This document shows positions 24,317 through 34,490 of a stretch of 64,000 bases of DNA, one piece after another. A model generated the notes under the pieces. The model had not been told where the DNA came from, searched no databases, and saw only the letters and a program-made list of their open reading frames with translations. The stretch lies in NCBI RefSeq assembly GCF_011045215.1, contig NZ_CP049201.1; one strand, given 5' to 3'. The position numbers and the translations under genes are program-made. Numbering within the stretch: the stretch's first letter is position 1; every line of letters starts with the position of its first letter. Source of the stretch: Escherichia coli. GTDB lineage: Bacteria > Pseudomonadota > Gammaproteobacteria > Enterobacterales > Enterobacteriaceae.

Positions 24317-25102
24317 ATGTCAATCGAATCTCTCAATGCGTTCTCAATGGATTTTTTCTCCCTGAAAGGTAAAACCGCAATTGTTACCGGCGGGAATAGC
24401 GGTTTAGGCCAGGCATTTGCCATGGCGTTGGCCAAAGCAGGCGCAAATGTCTTTATTCCAAGTTTTGTCAAAGATAACGGCGAAACAAAGGAAATGATTG
24501 AAAAACAGGGTGTTGAGGTGGACTTCATGCAGGTGGATATCACCGCAGAAGGCGCGCCGCAGAAGATAATCGCCGCCTGTTGCGAACGTTTCGGTACCGT
24601 CGATATTCTGGTTAACAATGCCGGTATTTGTAAGCTGAATAAGGTGCTGGACTTCGGTCGTGCCGACTGGGACCCGATGATTGATGTGAACCTGACCGCC
24701 GCATTCGAGTTAAGCTATGAAGCGGCAAAAATTATGATCCCGCAGAAAAGCGGTAAAATCATTAATATCTGTTCATTATTCTCTTACTTAGGTGGACAAT
24801 GGTCACCTGCATATTCTGCCACTAAACATGCTCTTGCCGGATTCACCAAAGCTTATTGTGATGAACTAGGTCAATATAATATTCAGGTAAATGGTATTGC
24901 CCCTGGCTATTATGCAACAGATATTACGCTGGCGACACGCAGTAATCCAGAAACCAATCAGCGCGTTCTTGATCATATTCCAGCAAACCGTTGGGGCGAT
25001 ACTCAGGATTTAATGGGCGCAGCCGTATTCCTCGCAAGTCAGGCATCGAATTATGTCAACGGGCATTTATTAGTGGTCGATGGCGGTTATTTAGTGCGCT
25101 AA
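24317..25102 (+). CDS. ygcW: short-chain dehydrogenase/reductase
   Basis: ATG at 24317 (track's 24305 is TTG); TGGNSGLG Rossmann motif and YSATK catalytic motif. Confidence 0.85.
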   Translation: MSIESLNAFSMDFFSLKGKTAIVTGGNSGLGQAFAMALAKAGANVFIPSFVKDNGETKEMIEKQGVEVDFMQVDITAEGAPQKIIAACCERFGTVDILVNNAGICKLNKVLDFGRADWDPMIDVNLTAAFELSYEAAKIMIPQKSGKIINICSLFSYLGGQWSPAYSATKHALAGFTKAYCDELGQYNIQVNGIAPGYYATDITLATRSNPETNQRVLDHIPANRWGDTQDLMGAAVFLASQASNYVNGHLLVVDGGYLVR

Positions 25103-25171
25103 TCCATAACGGCGGTTTCTGTTTTCTCTTATTAATGATTATTCCATTTTTATTATCAGGAAGGAATTACT

Positions 25172-26626
25172 ATGTCTTTATCTCGCGCAGCGATTGTCGA
25201 CCAGCTAAAGGAAATTGTTGGTGCAGATCGCGTAATTACCGATGAAACAGTATTAAAGAAGAACAGTATTGACCGTTTTCGTAAATTTCCGGATATTCAT
25301 GGTATTTATACTTTGCCGATTCCGGCTGCGGTCGTAAAACTCGGTTCCACAGAACAAGTCTCCCGTGTGCTGAATTTTATGAATGCGCACAAAATTAACG
25401 GTGTGCCGCGTACCGGTGCTTCCGCCACCGAAGGTGGGCTGGAAACTGTTGTAGAAAACTCGGTGGTGCTCGACGGTTCCGCCATGAATCAAATCATTAA
25501 TATTGATATTGAGAATATGCAGGCGACGGCGCAATGTGGCGTTCCGCTGGAGGTGCTGGAAAACGCGTTGCGTGAAAAAGGTTACACCACGGGGCATTCT
25601 CCGCAGTCAAAGCCGCTGGCGCAGATGGGCGGCCTGGTAGCAACCCGCAGTATCGGGCAGTTCTCCACACTCTACGGCGCAATCGAAGATATGGTCGTTG
25701 GTCTGGAAGCCGTATTGGCTGATGGCACCGTCACACGTATTAAAAACGTGCCACGCCGCGCGGCTGGCCCGGACATTCGTCACATCATCATCGGCAACGA
25801 AGGTGCATTGTGCTATATCACTGAAGTAACAGTGAAAATCTTTAAATTCACCCCGGAAAACAACCTCTTCTACGGCTATATCCTGGAAGACATGAAAACC
25901 GGCTTCAACATCCTGCGTGAAATCATGGTGGAAGGGTATCGTCCGTCGATCGCTCGTTTGTATGACGCTGAAGATGGCACCCAACACTTCACCCATTTTG
26001 CCGACGGAAAATGCGTGCTGATCTTTATGGCTGAAGGTAACCCTCGCATTGCGAAGGCGACGGGCGAAGGGATTGCGGAAATCGTTGCCCGCTACCCGCA
26101 ATGCCAGCGCGTGGACAGCAAGCTGATCGAAACCTGGTTTAACAACCTGAACTGGGGACCGGATAAAGTGGCTGCCGAACGTGTGCAGATCCTCAAAACC
26201 GGCAACATGGGCTTTACTACCGAAGTGTCCGGCTGCTGGAGCTGCATCCACGAAATCTACGAAAGCGTTATTAACCGTATTCGTACCGAGTTCCCGCACG
26301 CCGACGACATCACTATGCTGGGCGGTCACTCCTCTCATAGCTATCAGAACGGCACCAACATGTACTTCGTCTACGACTACAACGTTGTCAACTGTAAGCC
26401 GGAAGAGGAAATCGACAAGTACCACAATCCGCTCAACAAAATCATTTGCGAAGAAACCATTCGCCTCGGTGGTTCGATGGTGCACCACCACGGTATCGGT
26501 AAACATCGCGTTCACTGGAGCAAGCTGGAACACGGCAGCGCGTGGGCGTTGCTGGAAGGGCTGAAAAAGCAGTTCGATCCTAACGGCATTATGAATACGG
26601 GTACTATCTATCCGATTGAAAAATAA
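25172..26626 (+). CDS. ygcU: FAD-linked oxidase (GlcD / alkyl-DHAP synthase-like)
   Basis: 484-aa ORF with FAD-binding PCMH-type N-domain (PRTGASATEGG). Confidence 0.85.
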   Translation: MSLSRAAIVDQLKEIVGADRVITDETVLKKNSIDRFRKFPDIHGIYTLPIPAAVVKLGSTEQVSRVLNFMNAHKINGVPRTGASATEGGLETVVENSVVLDGSAMNQIINIDIENMQATAQCGVPLEVLENALREKGYTTGHSPQSKPLAQMGGLVATRSIGQFSTLYGAIEDMVVGLEAVLADGTVTRIKNVPRRAAGPDIRHIIIGNEGALCYITEVTVKIFKFTPENNLFYGYILEDMKTGFNILREIMVEGYRPSIARLYDAEDGTQHFTHFADGKCVLIFMAEGNPRIAKATGEGIAEIVARYPQCQRVDSKLIETWFNNLNWGPDKVAAERVQILKTGNMGFTTEVSGCWSCIHEIYESVINRIRTEFPHADDITMLGGHSSHSYQNGTNMYFVYDYNVVNCKPEEEIDKYHNPLNKIICEETIRLGGSMVHHHGIGKHRVHWSKLEHGSAWALLEGLKKQFDPNGIMNTGTIYPIEK

Positions 26627-26719
26627 TGTGTCAGGCAGCGTTCCGCGATGATGGGGCGTTGCCTTTTCGGCTTCTCAGGCGAGAAGCCGTTCTTATTACC
26701 GGACAATGAAGGGGTAAAG

Positions 26720-28057
26720 ATGAACACTTCACCGGTGCGAATGGATGATTTACCGCTTAACCGTTTTCACTGTCGAATTGCTGCGCTCACTTTCGGCGCA
26801 CACCTGACCGACGGTTATGTTCTCGGCGTCATTGGTTACGCCATTATTCAACTTACGCCCGCCATGCAACTGACGCCGTTTATGGCGGGAATGATCGGCG
26901 GCTCGGCGCTCCTTGGTTTGTTTCTTGGCAGCCTGGTTCTTGGGTGGATCTCCGACCATATTGGTCGGCAAAAAATCTTCACCTTCAGCTTTTTGCTGAT
27001 TACGCTCGCTTCGTTCCTGCAATTTTTTGCCACCACGCCAGAGCATCTTATTGGACTGCGCATTTTGATCGGCATTGGTCTGGGAGGCGATTACTCAGTA
27101 GGTCACACCTTGCTGGCTGAATTTTCCCCGCGCCGCCATCGCGGTGTTTTGCTGGGCGCATTCAGCGTGGTGTGGACCGTAGGCTATGTGTTAGCAAGTA
27201 TTGCCGGACATCACTTTATTTCCGAAAACCCGGAGGCCTGGCGCTGGCTGCTGGCATCGGCAGCTCTGCCCGCGTTGTTGATTACGTTATTACGCTGGGG
27301 AACGCCAGAATCGCCACGCTGGCTACTGCGCCAGGGGCGTTTTGCAGAAGCTCACGCTATCGTGCATCGCTATTTTGGTCCCCATGTTTTACTGGGCGAT
27401 GAAGTGGAAACGGCGACCCATAAACACATCAAAACCTTGTTCTCTTCGCGCTACTGGCGGCGCACGGCGTTTAACAGCGTCTTCTTTGTCTGCCTCGTAA
27501 TCCCATGGTTTGTGATTTATACCTGGCTGCCAACTATCGCCCAGACTATTGGTCTGGAAGATGCGCTGACTGCCAGCCTGATGCTTAATGCGTTGTTAAT
27601 TGTGGGCGCGCTGCTGGGATTAGTTCTGACGCACCTGCTGGCACATCGCAAGTTTTTGCTGGGAAGTTTTTTGCTGCTGGCGGCAACGCTGGTAGTAATG
27701 GCCTGTTTGCCTTCCGGCAGTTCATTAACGCTGCTGCTTTTTGTTCTCTTCAGCACCACCATTTCGGCAGTCAGTAATCTGGTGGGCATTTTGCCTGCGG
27801 AAAGTTTTCCTACTGACATTCGCTCGCTGGGCGTCGGTTTTGCCACCGCCATGAGTCGACTTGGCGCGGCGGTAAGTACTGGCCTGCTGCCGTGGGTGCT
27901 GGCGCAGTGGGGAATGCAAGTTACCTTATTGATCCTGGCGGCAGTGTTGTTAGTTGGTTTTGTCGTGACCTGGCTATGGGCACCAGAAACCAAAGCACTC
28001 CCGCTGGTGGCGGCGGGAAATGTAGGAGGTGCGAATGAACATTCTGTTAGCGTTTAA
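26720..28057 (+). CDS. ygcS: MFS sugar-type transporter
   Basis: ATG at 26720 gives 445 aa; 12-TM profile; sugar-porter-like motifs. Confidence 0.85.
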   Translation: MNTSPVRMDDLPLNRFHCRIAALTFGAHLTDGYVLGVIGYAIIQLTPAMQLTPFMAGMIGGSALLGLFLGSLVLGWISDHIGRQKIFTFSFLLITLASFLQFFATTPEHLIGLRILIGIGLGGDYSVGHTLLAEFSPRRHRGVLLGAFSVVWTVGYVLASIAGHHFISENPEAWRWLLASAALPALLITLLRWGTPESPRWLLRQGRFAEAHAIVHRYFGPHVLLGDEVETATHKHIKTLFSSRYWRRTAFNSVFFVCLVIPWFVIYTWLPTIAQTIGLEDALTASLMLNALLIVGALLGLVLTHLLAHRKFLLGSFLLLAATLVVMACLPSGSSLTLLLFVLFSTTISAVSNLVGILPAESFPTDIRSLGVGFATAMSRLGAAVSTGLLPWVLAQWGMQVTLLILAAVLLVGFVVTWLWAPETKALPLVAAGNVGGANEHSVSV

Positions 28058-28814
28058 AGCCGAACCGGATGCCGGAATGCTGGCGGAAAAAGAGTGGCAG
28101 GCGGCGGCTCAGGGTAATAGCGGACCGGATGTTTCGCTACTGCGAAGTTTACTCGGTGCTGATGAACAGGCCGCTGCCGCGCTGCTGTTGGCGCAGAGAA
28201 AAAACGGTACGCCGATGTCTTTAACCGCGTTGAGCATGGGGGATGAACGGGCGTTGCACTGGCTGCGCTATCTCATGGCTCTTGGGTTTGAGGAAGCTGT
28301 ATTGCTGGAGACGGCGGCAGATCTGCGCTTTGCGCCGGAATTTGTCGCTCGCCATATTGCCGAATGGCAGCGTCAGAATCCGCTGGATCTGATAATTACT
28401 GGCTGCCAAAGCAGCGAAGGGCAGAATGGGCAAACGCCATTTTTGCTGGCGGAAATGCTGGGCTGGCCTTGCTTCACCCAGGTGGAGCGTTTCACTCTCG
28501 ACGCGCCGTTTATCACCCTCGAACAGCGTACTGAATATGGGCTGCGCTGTTGCCGGGTTCGCTTGCCTGCGGTGATTGCCGTGCGTCAGAGTGGTGAAGT
28601 GGCCTTGCCAGTACCGGGAATGCGCCAGCGAATGGCTGCGGGGAAAGCAGCCATTATCCGCAAAACTGTTGCTGTCGAATTGCCAGCGATGCAGTGTCTG
28701 CAACTGGCAAGAGCAGAGCAACGACGCGGAGCGACGCTGATTGATGGGCAAACGGTAGCAGAAAAAGCGCAAAAGCTATGGCAGGACTATTTACGCCAAA
28801 GGATGCAGCCATGA
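28035..28814 (+). CDS. ygcR: electron transfer flavoprotein beta-subunit-like protein
   Basis: ATG at 28035 (track's 28029 is GTG); 259 aa; overlaps the ygcS end and the ygcQ start. Confidence 0.8.
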   Translation: MNILLAFKAEPDAGMLAEKEWQAAAQGNSGPDVSLLRSLLGADEQAAAALLLAQRKNGTPMSLTALSMGDERALHWLRYLMALGFEEAVLLETAADLRFAPEFVARHIAEWQRQNPLDLIITGCQSSEGQNGQTPFLLAEMLGWPCFTQVERFTLDAPFITLEQRTEYGLRCCRVRLPAVIAVRQSGEVALPVPGMRQRMAAGKAAIIRKTVAVELPAMQCLQLARAEQRRGATLIDGQTVAEKAQKLWQDYLRQRMQP

Positions 28815-29671
28815 ATATCGCAATTGTGACAATAAATCAGGAGAATGCCGCAATAGCAAGCTGGCTGGCGGCGCAGGATTTCAGCGGTTGTACCCTGGCG
28901 CACTGGCAGATTGAACCTCAGCCCGTAGTGGCGGAACAGGTGCTGGATGCGCTGGTGGAACAGTGGCAGCGAACGCCTGCGGACGTTGTTCTCTTTCCGC
29001 CGGGAACGTTTGGCGATGAACTGTCGACCCGGCTGGCCTGGCGTTTACATGGTGCAAGCATCTGCCAGGTGACTTCGTTAGATATTCCAACCGTAAGCGT
29101 GCGCAAATCCCACTGGGGAAATGCGCTAACGGCGACGCTGCAAACAGAAAAACGCCCGCTATGCCTTTCCCTGGCGCGTCAGGCGGGAGCAGCGAAAAAC
29201 GCCACGTTGCCCTCTGGAATGCAACAACTGAACATTGTCCCGGGTGCGCTTCCGGACTGGCTGGTTAGCACAGAGGATCTGAAAAATGTTACTCGCGACC
29301 CATTAGCTGAGGCCAGACGGGTGCTGGTGGTGGGGCAGGGCGGAGAGGCAGATAACCAGGAAATCGCTATGCTGGCAGAAAAGCTGGGAGCCGAAGTGGG
29401 CTACAGTCGGGCGCGAGTGATGAACGGTGGCGTTGATGCTGAAAAAGTGATTGGTATTTCCGGACATCTGCTGGCACCTGAGGTGTGTATTGTTGTTGGC
29501 GCTTCTGGCGCAGCAGCGTTAATGGCGGGCGTACGCAATAGCAAGTTTGTGGTGGCGATTAATCATGACGCCAGCGCAGCGGTATTTTCACAGGCAGATG
29601 TTGGCGTGGTTGATGACTGGAAAGTGGTGCTGGAGGCACTGGTGACAAACATTGACGCAGAATGCCAATAA
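28811..29671 (+). CDS. ygcQ: electron transfer flavoprotein alpha-subunit-like protein
   Basis: ATG at 28811 gives 286 aa; C-terminal ETF-alpha FAD-binding region. Confidence 0.8.
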   Translation: MNIAIVTINQENAAIASWLAAQDFSGCTLAHWQIEPQPVVAEQVLDALVEQWQRTPADVVLFPPGTFGDELSTRLAWRLHGASICQVTSLDIPTVSVRKSHWGNALTATLQTEKRPLCLSLARQAGAAKNATLPSGMQQLNIVPGALPDWLVSTEDLKNVTRDPLAEARRVLVVGQGGEADNQEIAMLAEKLGAEVGYSRARVMNGGVDAEKVIGISGHLLAPEVCIVVGASGAAALMAGVRNSKFVVAINHDASAAVFSQADVGVVDDWKVVLEALVTNIDAECQ

Positions 29672-29714
29672 CGTGCTGCCGGATGATCCTGCCTACGGTT
29701 CTGGACTGGGGACC

Positions 29715-29783
29715 TGTAGGCCTGATAAGACGCGTCAAGCGTCGCATCAGGCGCTGAATGTCGGATGTGGCGTGCAGCCTACA
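29715..29783. repeat. REP pair (BIME-like) between convergent ygcQ and ygcP
   Basis: tgtaggcctgataagacgcgtcaagcgtcgcatcaggcg followed by an inverted partial copy ending gcagcctaca. Confidence 0.7.
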
Positions 29784-29817
29784 AATCACACAAATTCAAT
29801 TGGTTACGATTATCCCG

Positions 29818-30393
29818 TCAAAGCAATTTTTTCGCTAACGTCCAGACTCCGGTATTCGTGGTGGAAAGCGCCACGACACCCGCGTTAATCGCATTACGCG
29901 CATCTTCTTCATCGCATACCAGCCCGCCAGCAATCAGCGGTTGGCGGATTTTTTCCGTCACCCAGCCCAGCACTTTGGGCATGCAGCCTGGCAGGATCTC
30001 AATACAATCCGGATTCGATTGCGCAACTTGCTTATCAATGTTGTGAAACGAAATCGAATCAACAATAAACAGGCGATGAATACAGAAAAAACCTTCCGCT
30101 CTTGCCGCTTTCAACATTGAGGCTTTGGTACTGATAATGCCGTCCGCCTCGGTCACCAGTTTCAAAAACTGAATAACGACTTCTTTATTTGACGCGCCTT
30201 CCAGCAAATCAACATGAATAAAAGCATATTTCCCGGCGTTCTTAATCTTTTTAACGATATTACTGATGGTGCAGATATTGCCGTACAACACGGAAATAAA
30301 CTGGCATTCAGAATCGATTGCCAGTTGCAGGCTGGCATTATCTTTAACGGCAGCAATCACCGGATTCTGGCGGAGCAGGTGTAAGAGGGGCAT
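29818..30393 (-). CDS. ygcP: GlpP-family (glycerol-3-phosphate-responsive-type) antiterminator-like protein
   Basis: 191-aa ORF; position after ygcO in the ygcNOP operon; family assignment recalled from K-12 annotation. Confidence 0.75.
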   Translation of the reverse strand: MPLLHLLRQNPVIAAVKDNASLQLAIDSECQFISVLYGNICTISNIVKKIKNAGKYAFIHVDLLEGASNKEVVIQFLKLVTEADGIISTKASMLKAARAEGFFCIHRLFIVDSISFHNIDKQVAQSNPDCIEILPGCMPKVLGWVTEKIRQPLIAGGLVCDEEDARNAINAGVVALSTTNTGVWTLAKKLL

Positions 30394-30409
30394 AAATTAT
30401 CCTTATTAT

Positions 30410-30670
30410 TTATCCAAAGCGGTAGGTGATGCCGAATCCGGAAGGCGGATAGCGCCACTGTTGTAGTGTTGATTCGTCGCACAGCAAACGGCAGGTGCCA
30501 CACTCCAGGCAACTGCGATAGTCAATACGTAAGTCACCTTCCGGTGTGAGCGAAAAAAGACCTGCCGGACAGGCGTTAATCAACCGTTCTGCCGTCTGGC
30601 GCTCAACGGAGTCAGCCGGAACAATGTGCGGCGCATCAGCAACGCGCCAGAGATTACGGGCTACAGACAT
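30410..30670 (-). CDS. ygcO: ferredoxin-like protein (FixX-like)
   Basis: ATG at 30670 gives 86 aa; Cys cluster CLECGTCRLLCDES. Confidence 0.8.
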   Translation of the reverse strand: MSVARNLWRVADAPHIVPADSVERQTAERLINACPAGLFSLTPEGDLRIDYRSCLECGTCRLLCDESTLQQWRYPPSGFGITYRFG

Positions 30671-31932
30671 CGCAGACTCCTGATAACATCGCCCGCCAGA
30701 TGCCACAGGCCGTGACGACGTAAATGACGCCAGAATAACTGGCGCAGCGGTGGAACAGGTTTATCACCCTGATCCCATAAATCGCGGGAAATATCCTGCA
30801 TTAACGCAGGCCACGCCCGATACCAGCCAGGGCGTTGCAAAAGCGCCGGAACATGCTGATAACGTTGTAGAACATCCCACAGCAGGCTGCGCTCGACGTT
30901 GTGATGATAAAGCGCAAACAGATTTTGCGGCTCGCGGTGCTGGCAGGCGCTTATCAGCGTTTGTGCCGCCGCCTGTGCGCCAGTCAGCGCCATATCCATG
31001 CCGCGCACGGAAATTCCGGTATTGACGCAACTGCGTAACGCATCGCCCACCAGCAGCCAGCCGTTACCGGCGTATTGTACCGGCATACTGTGCAAGCCAC
31101 CTTCTGGCACCAGATGCGCACCATACTCCAGTGATTCCGTGTTTTTGATAAGCGGGCGAACTGCCGGATGCGTTTTAAAGCGAGCCAGCAGCTCGCTTGC
31201 CGGAACACGACTTTGCGTAAGGGAAGAGAGCGGGCAAACAATCCCTAACGAGAGCGTTTGTTGATTAGTATAAAGAAATGCGCCGCCGGGTAAGTCATCA
31301 CAGATCCCGCCGCTGAACAGCAACGCTGCGCCTTCGTTATTCTCCAGATGAAAACGTTCTTCAATAGCGGATGTTTCCAGCGACAGCACTTCTTTGATCC
31401 CCAACGCCATCGCTTCGCCAGCAGGACGAGTCACTAACCCGTGACGTTCAGCCAGGACGCTGTTGGCACCTTCTGCCAGCACCACATAACGGGCGCGGAG
31501 AATATCGTCACCACAAATGACACCACACACCCTGCCGTTTTCTTCATACAGTGCATCCACCGTCGCACCAGGGATGCATTCGACACCTTCTTTTTCGGCT
31601 TCGGCAACCAGCCACGGATCGAACCGTGCACGTAATACACTCCAGGATTCACCGCCGGGCTGTAAGCTGGAAAACGTCGTTGCGCCATTCGGCGTTAACA
31701 GGGAAAGGCTTTCGTGAGTGATGCGTCGTTCAAGAGGCGCGGTCAGATGAAATTGCGGGAGGAGTTCCGCGAGTGCATGGGTATATAACCGCCCGCCGGA
31801 AAGATTTTTGCTGCCGGGGATTTCAGCTCGTTCCAGTAACAAAACGGATAAACCCGCTCGCGCGCAGCGTAACGCGCAAGCGGTGCCTGCAATACCGGCA
31901 CCAATAATAATAATGTCGCAGTCGTCTTCCAT
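30661..31932 (-). CDS. ygcN: FAD-dependent oxidoreductase (FixC / ETF-QO-like)
   Basis: ATG at 31932 gives 423 aa; N-terminal DIIIIGAGIAG dinucleotide-binding motif. Confidence 0.85.
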   Translation of the reverse strand: MEDDCDIIIIGAGIAGTACALRCARAGLSVLLLERAEIPGSKNLSGGRLYTHALAELLPQFHLTAPLERRITHESLSLLTPNGATTFSSLQPGGESWSVLRARFDPWLVAEAEKEGVECIPGATVDALYEENGRVCGVICGDDILRARYVVLAEGANSVLAERHGLVTRPAGEAMALGIKEVLSLETSAIEERFHLENNEGAALLFSGGICDDLPGGAFLYTNQQTLSLGIVCPLSSLTQSRVPASELLARFKTHPAVRPLIKNTESLEYGAHLVPEGGLHSMPVQYAGNGWLLVGDALRSCVNTGISVRGMDMALTGAQAAAQTLISACQHREPQNLFALYHHNVERSLLWDVLQRYQHVPALLQRPGWYRAWPALMQDISRDLWDQGDKPVPPLRQLFWRHLRRHGLWHLAGDVIRSLRCL

Positions 31933-32009
31933 GTCATGCCCCAGATATCCTGAACACAACACCCTAACATAGCGTTACTTAAGGGAAATTGACCGCCGAC
32001 ACACTCTTA

Positions 32010-32375
32010 TCATTCGCCGCGATAGATACAACCAGCGGTGCAGGTTTCTTTTACCATCACCGCACTTAACAGCGGCACAACGGGTTTAACCTGATCCCAA
32101 ATCCATTTTGCTAAAACTTCGCTAGTTGGGTTTTCCAGACCTGGAATATCATTGAGATAATGGTGATCGAGGCGCTCATAAGTTGGCTTAAACGCCGCTT
32201 TTAGTTCAGCGAAATCGATAATCCAGCCCGTATGCGGATCGACTTCCCCGGTAATTTCCAGTCGCACCATAAAGGAATGCCCGTGCAGGCGACCACATTT
32301 ATGCCCTTCCGGGACGTGTGGTAAGCGGTGAGCGGCTTCGAAGGTGAAATCTTTAAATAACGTGGTGGACATCAT
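32010..32375 (-). CDS. queD: 6-carboxy-5,6,7,8-tetrahydropterin synthase QueD
   Basis: ATG at 32375 ([19 protein letters not shown]...) gives 121 aa; the track ORF carries a 28-codon upstream extension; Cx(5)HGH zinc motif. Confidence 0.9.
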   Translation of the reverse strand: MMSTTLFKDFTFEAAHRLPHVPEGHKCGRLHGHSFMVRLEITGEVDPHTGWIIDFAELKAAFKPTYERLDHHYLNDIPGLENPTSEVLAKWIWDQVKPVVPLLSAVMVKETCTAGCIYRGE

Positions 32376-32690
32376 AATTTCTCTACAGGACGATAAAACC
32401 GCCGTAGAGTACCGGAAAGGCTGTTTTTTCGCATTATCTAAAACGACTTTGTTGCGCACAATCGCTGATTTATCTTAATGATTGGCTAAATTCATTTGTT
32501 TTTCATTAGGTTGGTTAATCTATTTTGTTGTTAAAGACTATTGCTAAAACAGGTTAGTCGATTTGGTTATTAGTTATCGCTATCCCGTCTTTAATCCACA
32601 CCGTTCACCCCGTTAACCTTACCTTCTCTTCTGTTTTATGGGCGCTGACAGGGCGCAGAAACAGCTTTGCTTACTGGAACATAACGACGC

Positions 32691-34490
32691 ATGACGACAC
32701 AGGTCCCACCTTCCGCGTTGCTTCCGTTGAACCCGGAGCAACTGGCACGCCTTCAGGCGGCCACGACCGATTTAACTCCCACCCAGCTTGCCTGGGTTTC
32801 TGGCTATTTCTGGGGCGTGCTCAATCAGCAGCCTGCTGCGCTTGCAGCGACGCCAGCGCCAGCCGCAGAAATGCCGGGTATAACTATTATCTCCGCCTCG
32901 CAAACCGGCAATGCGCGCCGGGTTGCTGAAGCATTACGCGATGATTTATTGACGGCAAAACTGAACGTTAAGCTGGTGAACGCGGGCGACTATAAATTCA
33001 AACAAATCGCCAGCGAAAAACTGCTTATCGTGGTGACGTCAACGCAAGGAGAAGGGGAACCGCCGGAAGAAGCCGTCGCGCTGCATAAGTTCCTGTTCTC
33101 CAAAAAAGCGCCGAAGCTGGAAAACACCGCATTTGCCGTGTTTAGCCTCGGCGATAGCTCTTATGAATTTTTCTGTCAGTCCGGGAAAGATTTTGACAGC
33201 AAGCTGGCGGAACTGGGCGGTGAACGCCTGCTCGACCGTGTCGATGCCGACGTTGAATACCAGACCGCTGCCAGCGAGTGGCGCGCTCGCGTGGTTGATG
33301 CGCTTAAATCGCGTGCGCCTGTCGCGGCACCTTCGCAATCCGTCGCTACTGGCGTGGTAAATGAAATCCACACCAGCCCGTACAGCAAAGACTCGCCGCT
33401 GGTGGCGAGCCTCTCTGTTAACCAGAAAATTACCGGGCGTAACTCTGAAAAAGACGTTCGCCATATCGAAATTGACTTAGGTGACTCGGGCCTGCGTTAC
33501 CAGCCGGGTGACGCGCTGGGTGTCTGGTATCAGAACGATCCGGCACTGGTGAAAGAACTTGTCGAACTGCTGTGGCTGAAAGGCGATGAACCTGTCACCG
33601 TCGAGGGCAAAACGTTGCCTCTGAACGAAGCGCTACAGTGGCACTTCGAACTGACCGTCAACACCGCCAACATTGTTGAGAATTACGCCACGCTTACCCG
33701 CAGCGAAACACTGCTGCCGCTGGTGGGCGATAAAGCGAAGTTACAGCATTACGCCGCGACGACGCCGATTGTTGACATGGTGCGTTTCTCCCCGGCACAG
33801 CTTGATGCCGAAGCGCTAATTAATCTGCTGCGCCCGCTGACGCCGCGTCTCTATTCCATTGCCTCCTCGCAGGCGGAAGTCGAGAACGAAGTACACGTCA
33901 CCGTTGGTGTGGTGCGTTACGACGTGGAAGGCCGCGCCCGTGCCGGTGGTGCCTCCAGCTTCCTCGCTGACCGCGTGGAAGAAGAGGGCGAAGTCCGCGT
34001 ATTTATCGAACATAACGATAACTTCCGCCTACCAGCCAATCCAGAAACCCCGGTGATTATGATTGGCCCAGGCACCGGTATCGCGCCGTTCCGCGCCTTT
34101 ATGCAGCAACGTGCTGCCGATGAAGCACCGGGTAAAAACTGGCTGTTCTTTGGCAACCCGCATTTTACGGAAGATTTCCTCTACCAGGTGGAGTGGCAGC
34201 GCTACGTCAAAGAGGGCGTGCTGACACGTATCGATCTCGCCTGGTCGCGCGATCAAAAAGAAAAAGTTTACGTACAAGACAAACTACGCGAACAGGGCGC
34301 GGAGCTGTGGCGCTGGATCAATGACGGTGCCCACATTTATGTCTGCGGCGACGCTAATCGCATGGCGAAAGACGTTGAGCAGGCACTTCTGGAAGTGATT
34401 GCCGAATTTGGTGGCATGGACACCGAAGCGGCGGATGAATTTTTAAGTGAGCTGCGCGTAGAGCGCCGTTATCAGCGAGATGTCTACTAA
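32691..34490 (+). CDS. cysJ: sulfite reductase [NADPH] flavoprotein alpha component
   Basis: 599-aa ORF with flavodoxin-like and FAD/NADPH-binding domains; overlaps the cysI start. Confidence 0.95.
   Translation: MTTQVPPSALLPLNPEQLARLQAATTDLTPTQLAWVSGYFWGVLNQQPAALAATPAPAAEMPGITIISASQTGNARRVAEALRDDLLTAKLNVKLVNAGDYKFKQIASEKLLIVVTSTQGEGEPPEEAVALHKFLFSKKAPKLENTAFAVFSLGDSSYEFFCQSGKDFDSKLAELGGERLLDRVDADVEYQTAASEWRARVVDALKSRAPVAAPSQSVATGVVNEIHTSPYSKDSPLVASLSVNQKITGRNSEKDVRHIEIDLGDSGLRYQPGDALGVWYQNDPALVKELVELLWLKGDEPVTVEGKTLPLNEALQWHFELTVNTANIVENYATLTRSETLLPLVGDKAKLQHYAATTPIVDMVRFSPAQLDAEALINLLRPLTPRLYSIASSQAEVENEVHVTVGVVRYDVEGRARAGGASSFLADRVEEEGEVRVFIEHNDNFRLPANPETPVIMIGPGTGIAPFRAFMQQRAADEAPGKNWLFFGNPHFTEDFLYQVEWQRYVKEGVLTRIDLAWSRDQKEKVYVQDKLREQGAELWRWINDGAHIYVCGDANRMAKDVEQALLEVIAEFGGMDTEAADEFLSELRVERRYQRDVY

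Noticed and set aside
32376-32459. 28-codon N-terminal extension of the queD ORF; similar upstream extensions on cysH (36123), rpoS (56578), surE (53798), casE (44172), ygcS (26648), ygcN (31962) and ygcO (30706)
   Set aside because: The track takes the longest ORF, often from TTG or GTG. Internal ATGs with a Shine-Dalgarno give the expected protein lengths, and the extensions cross REP elements or upstream genes.
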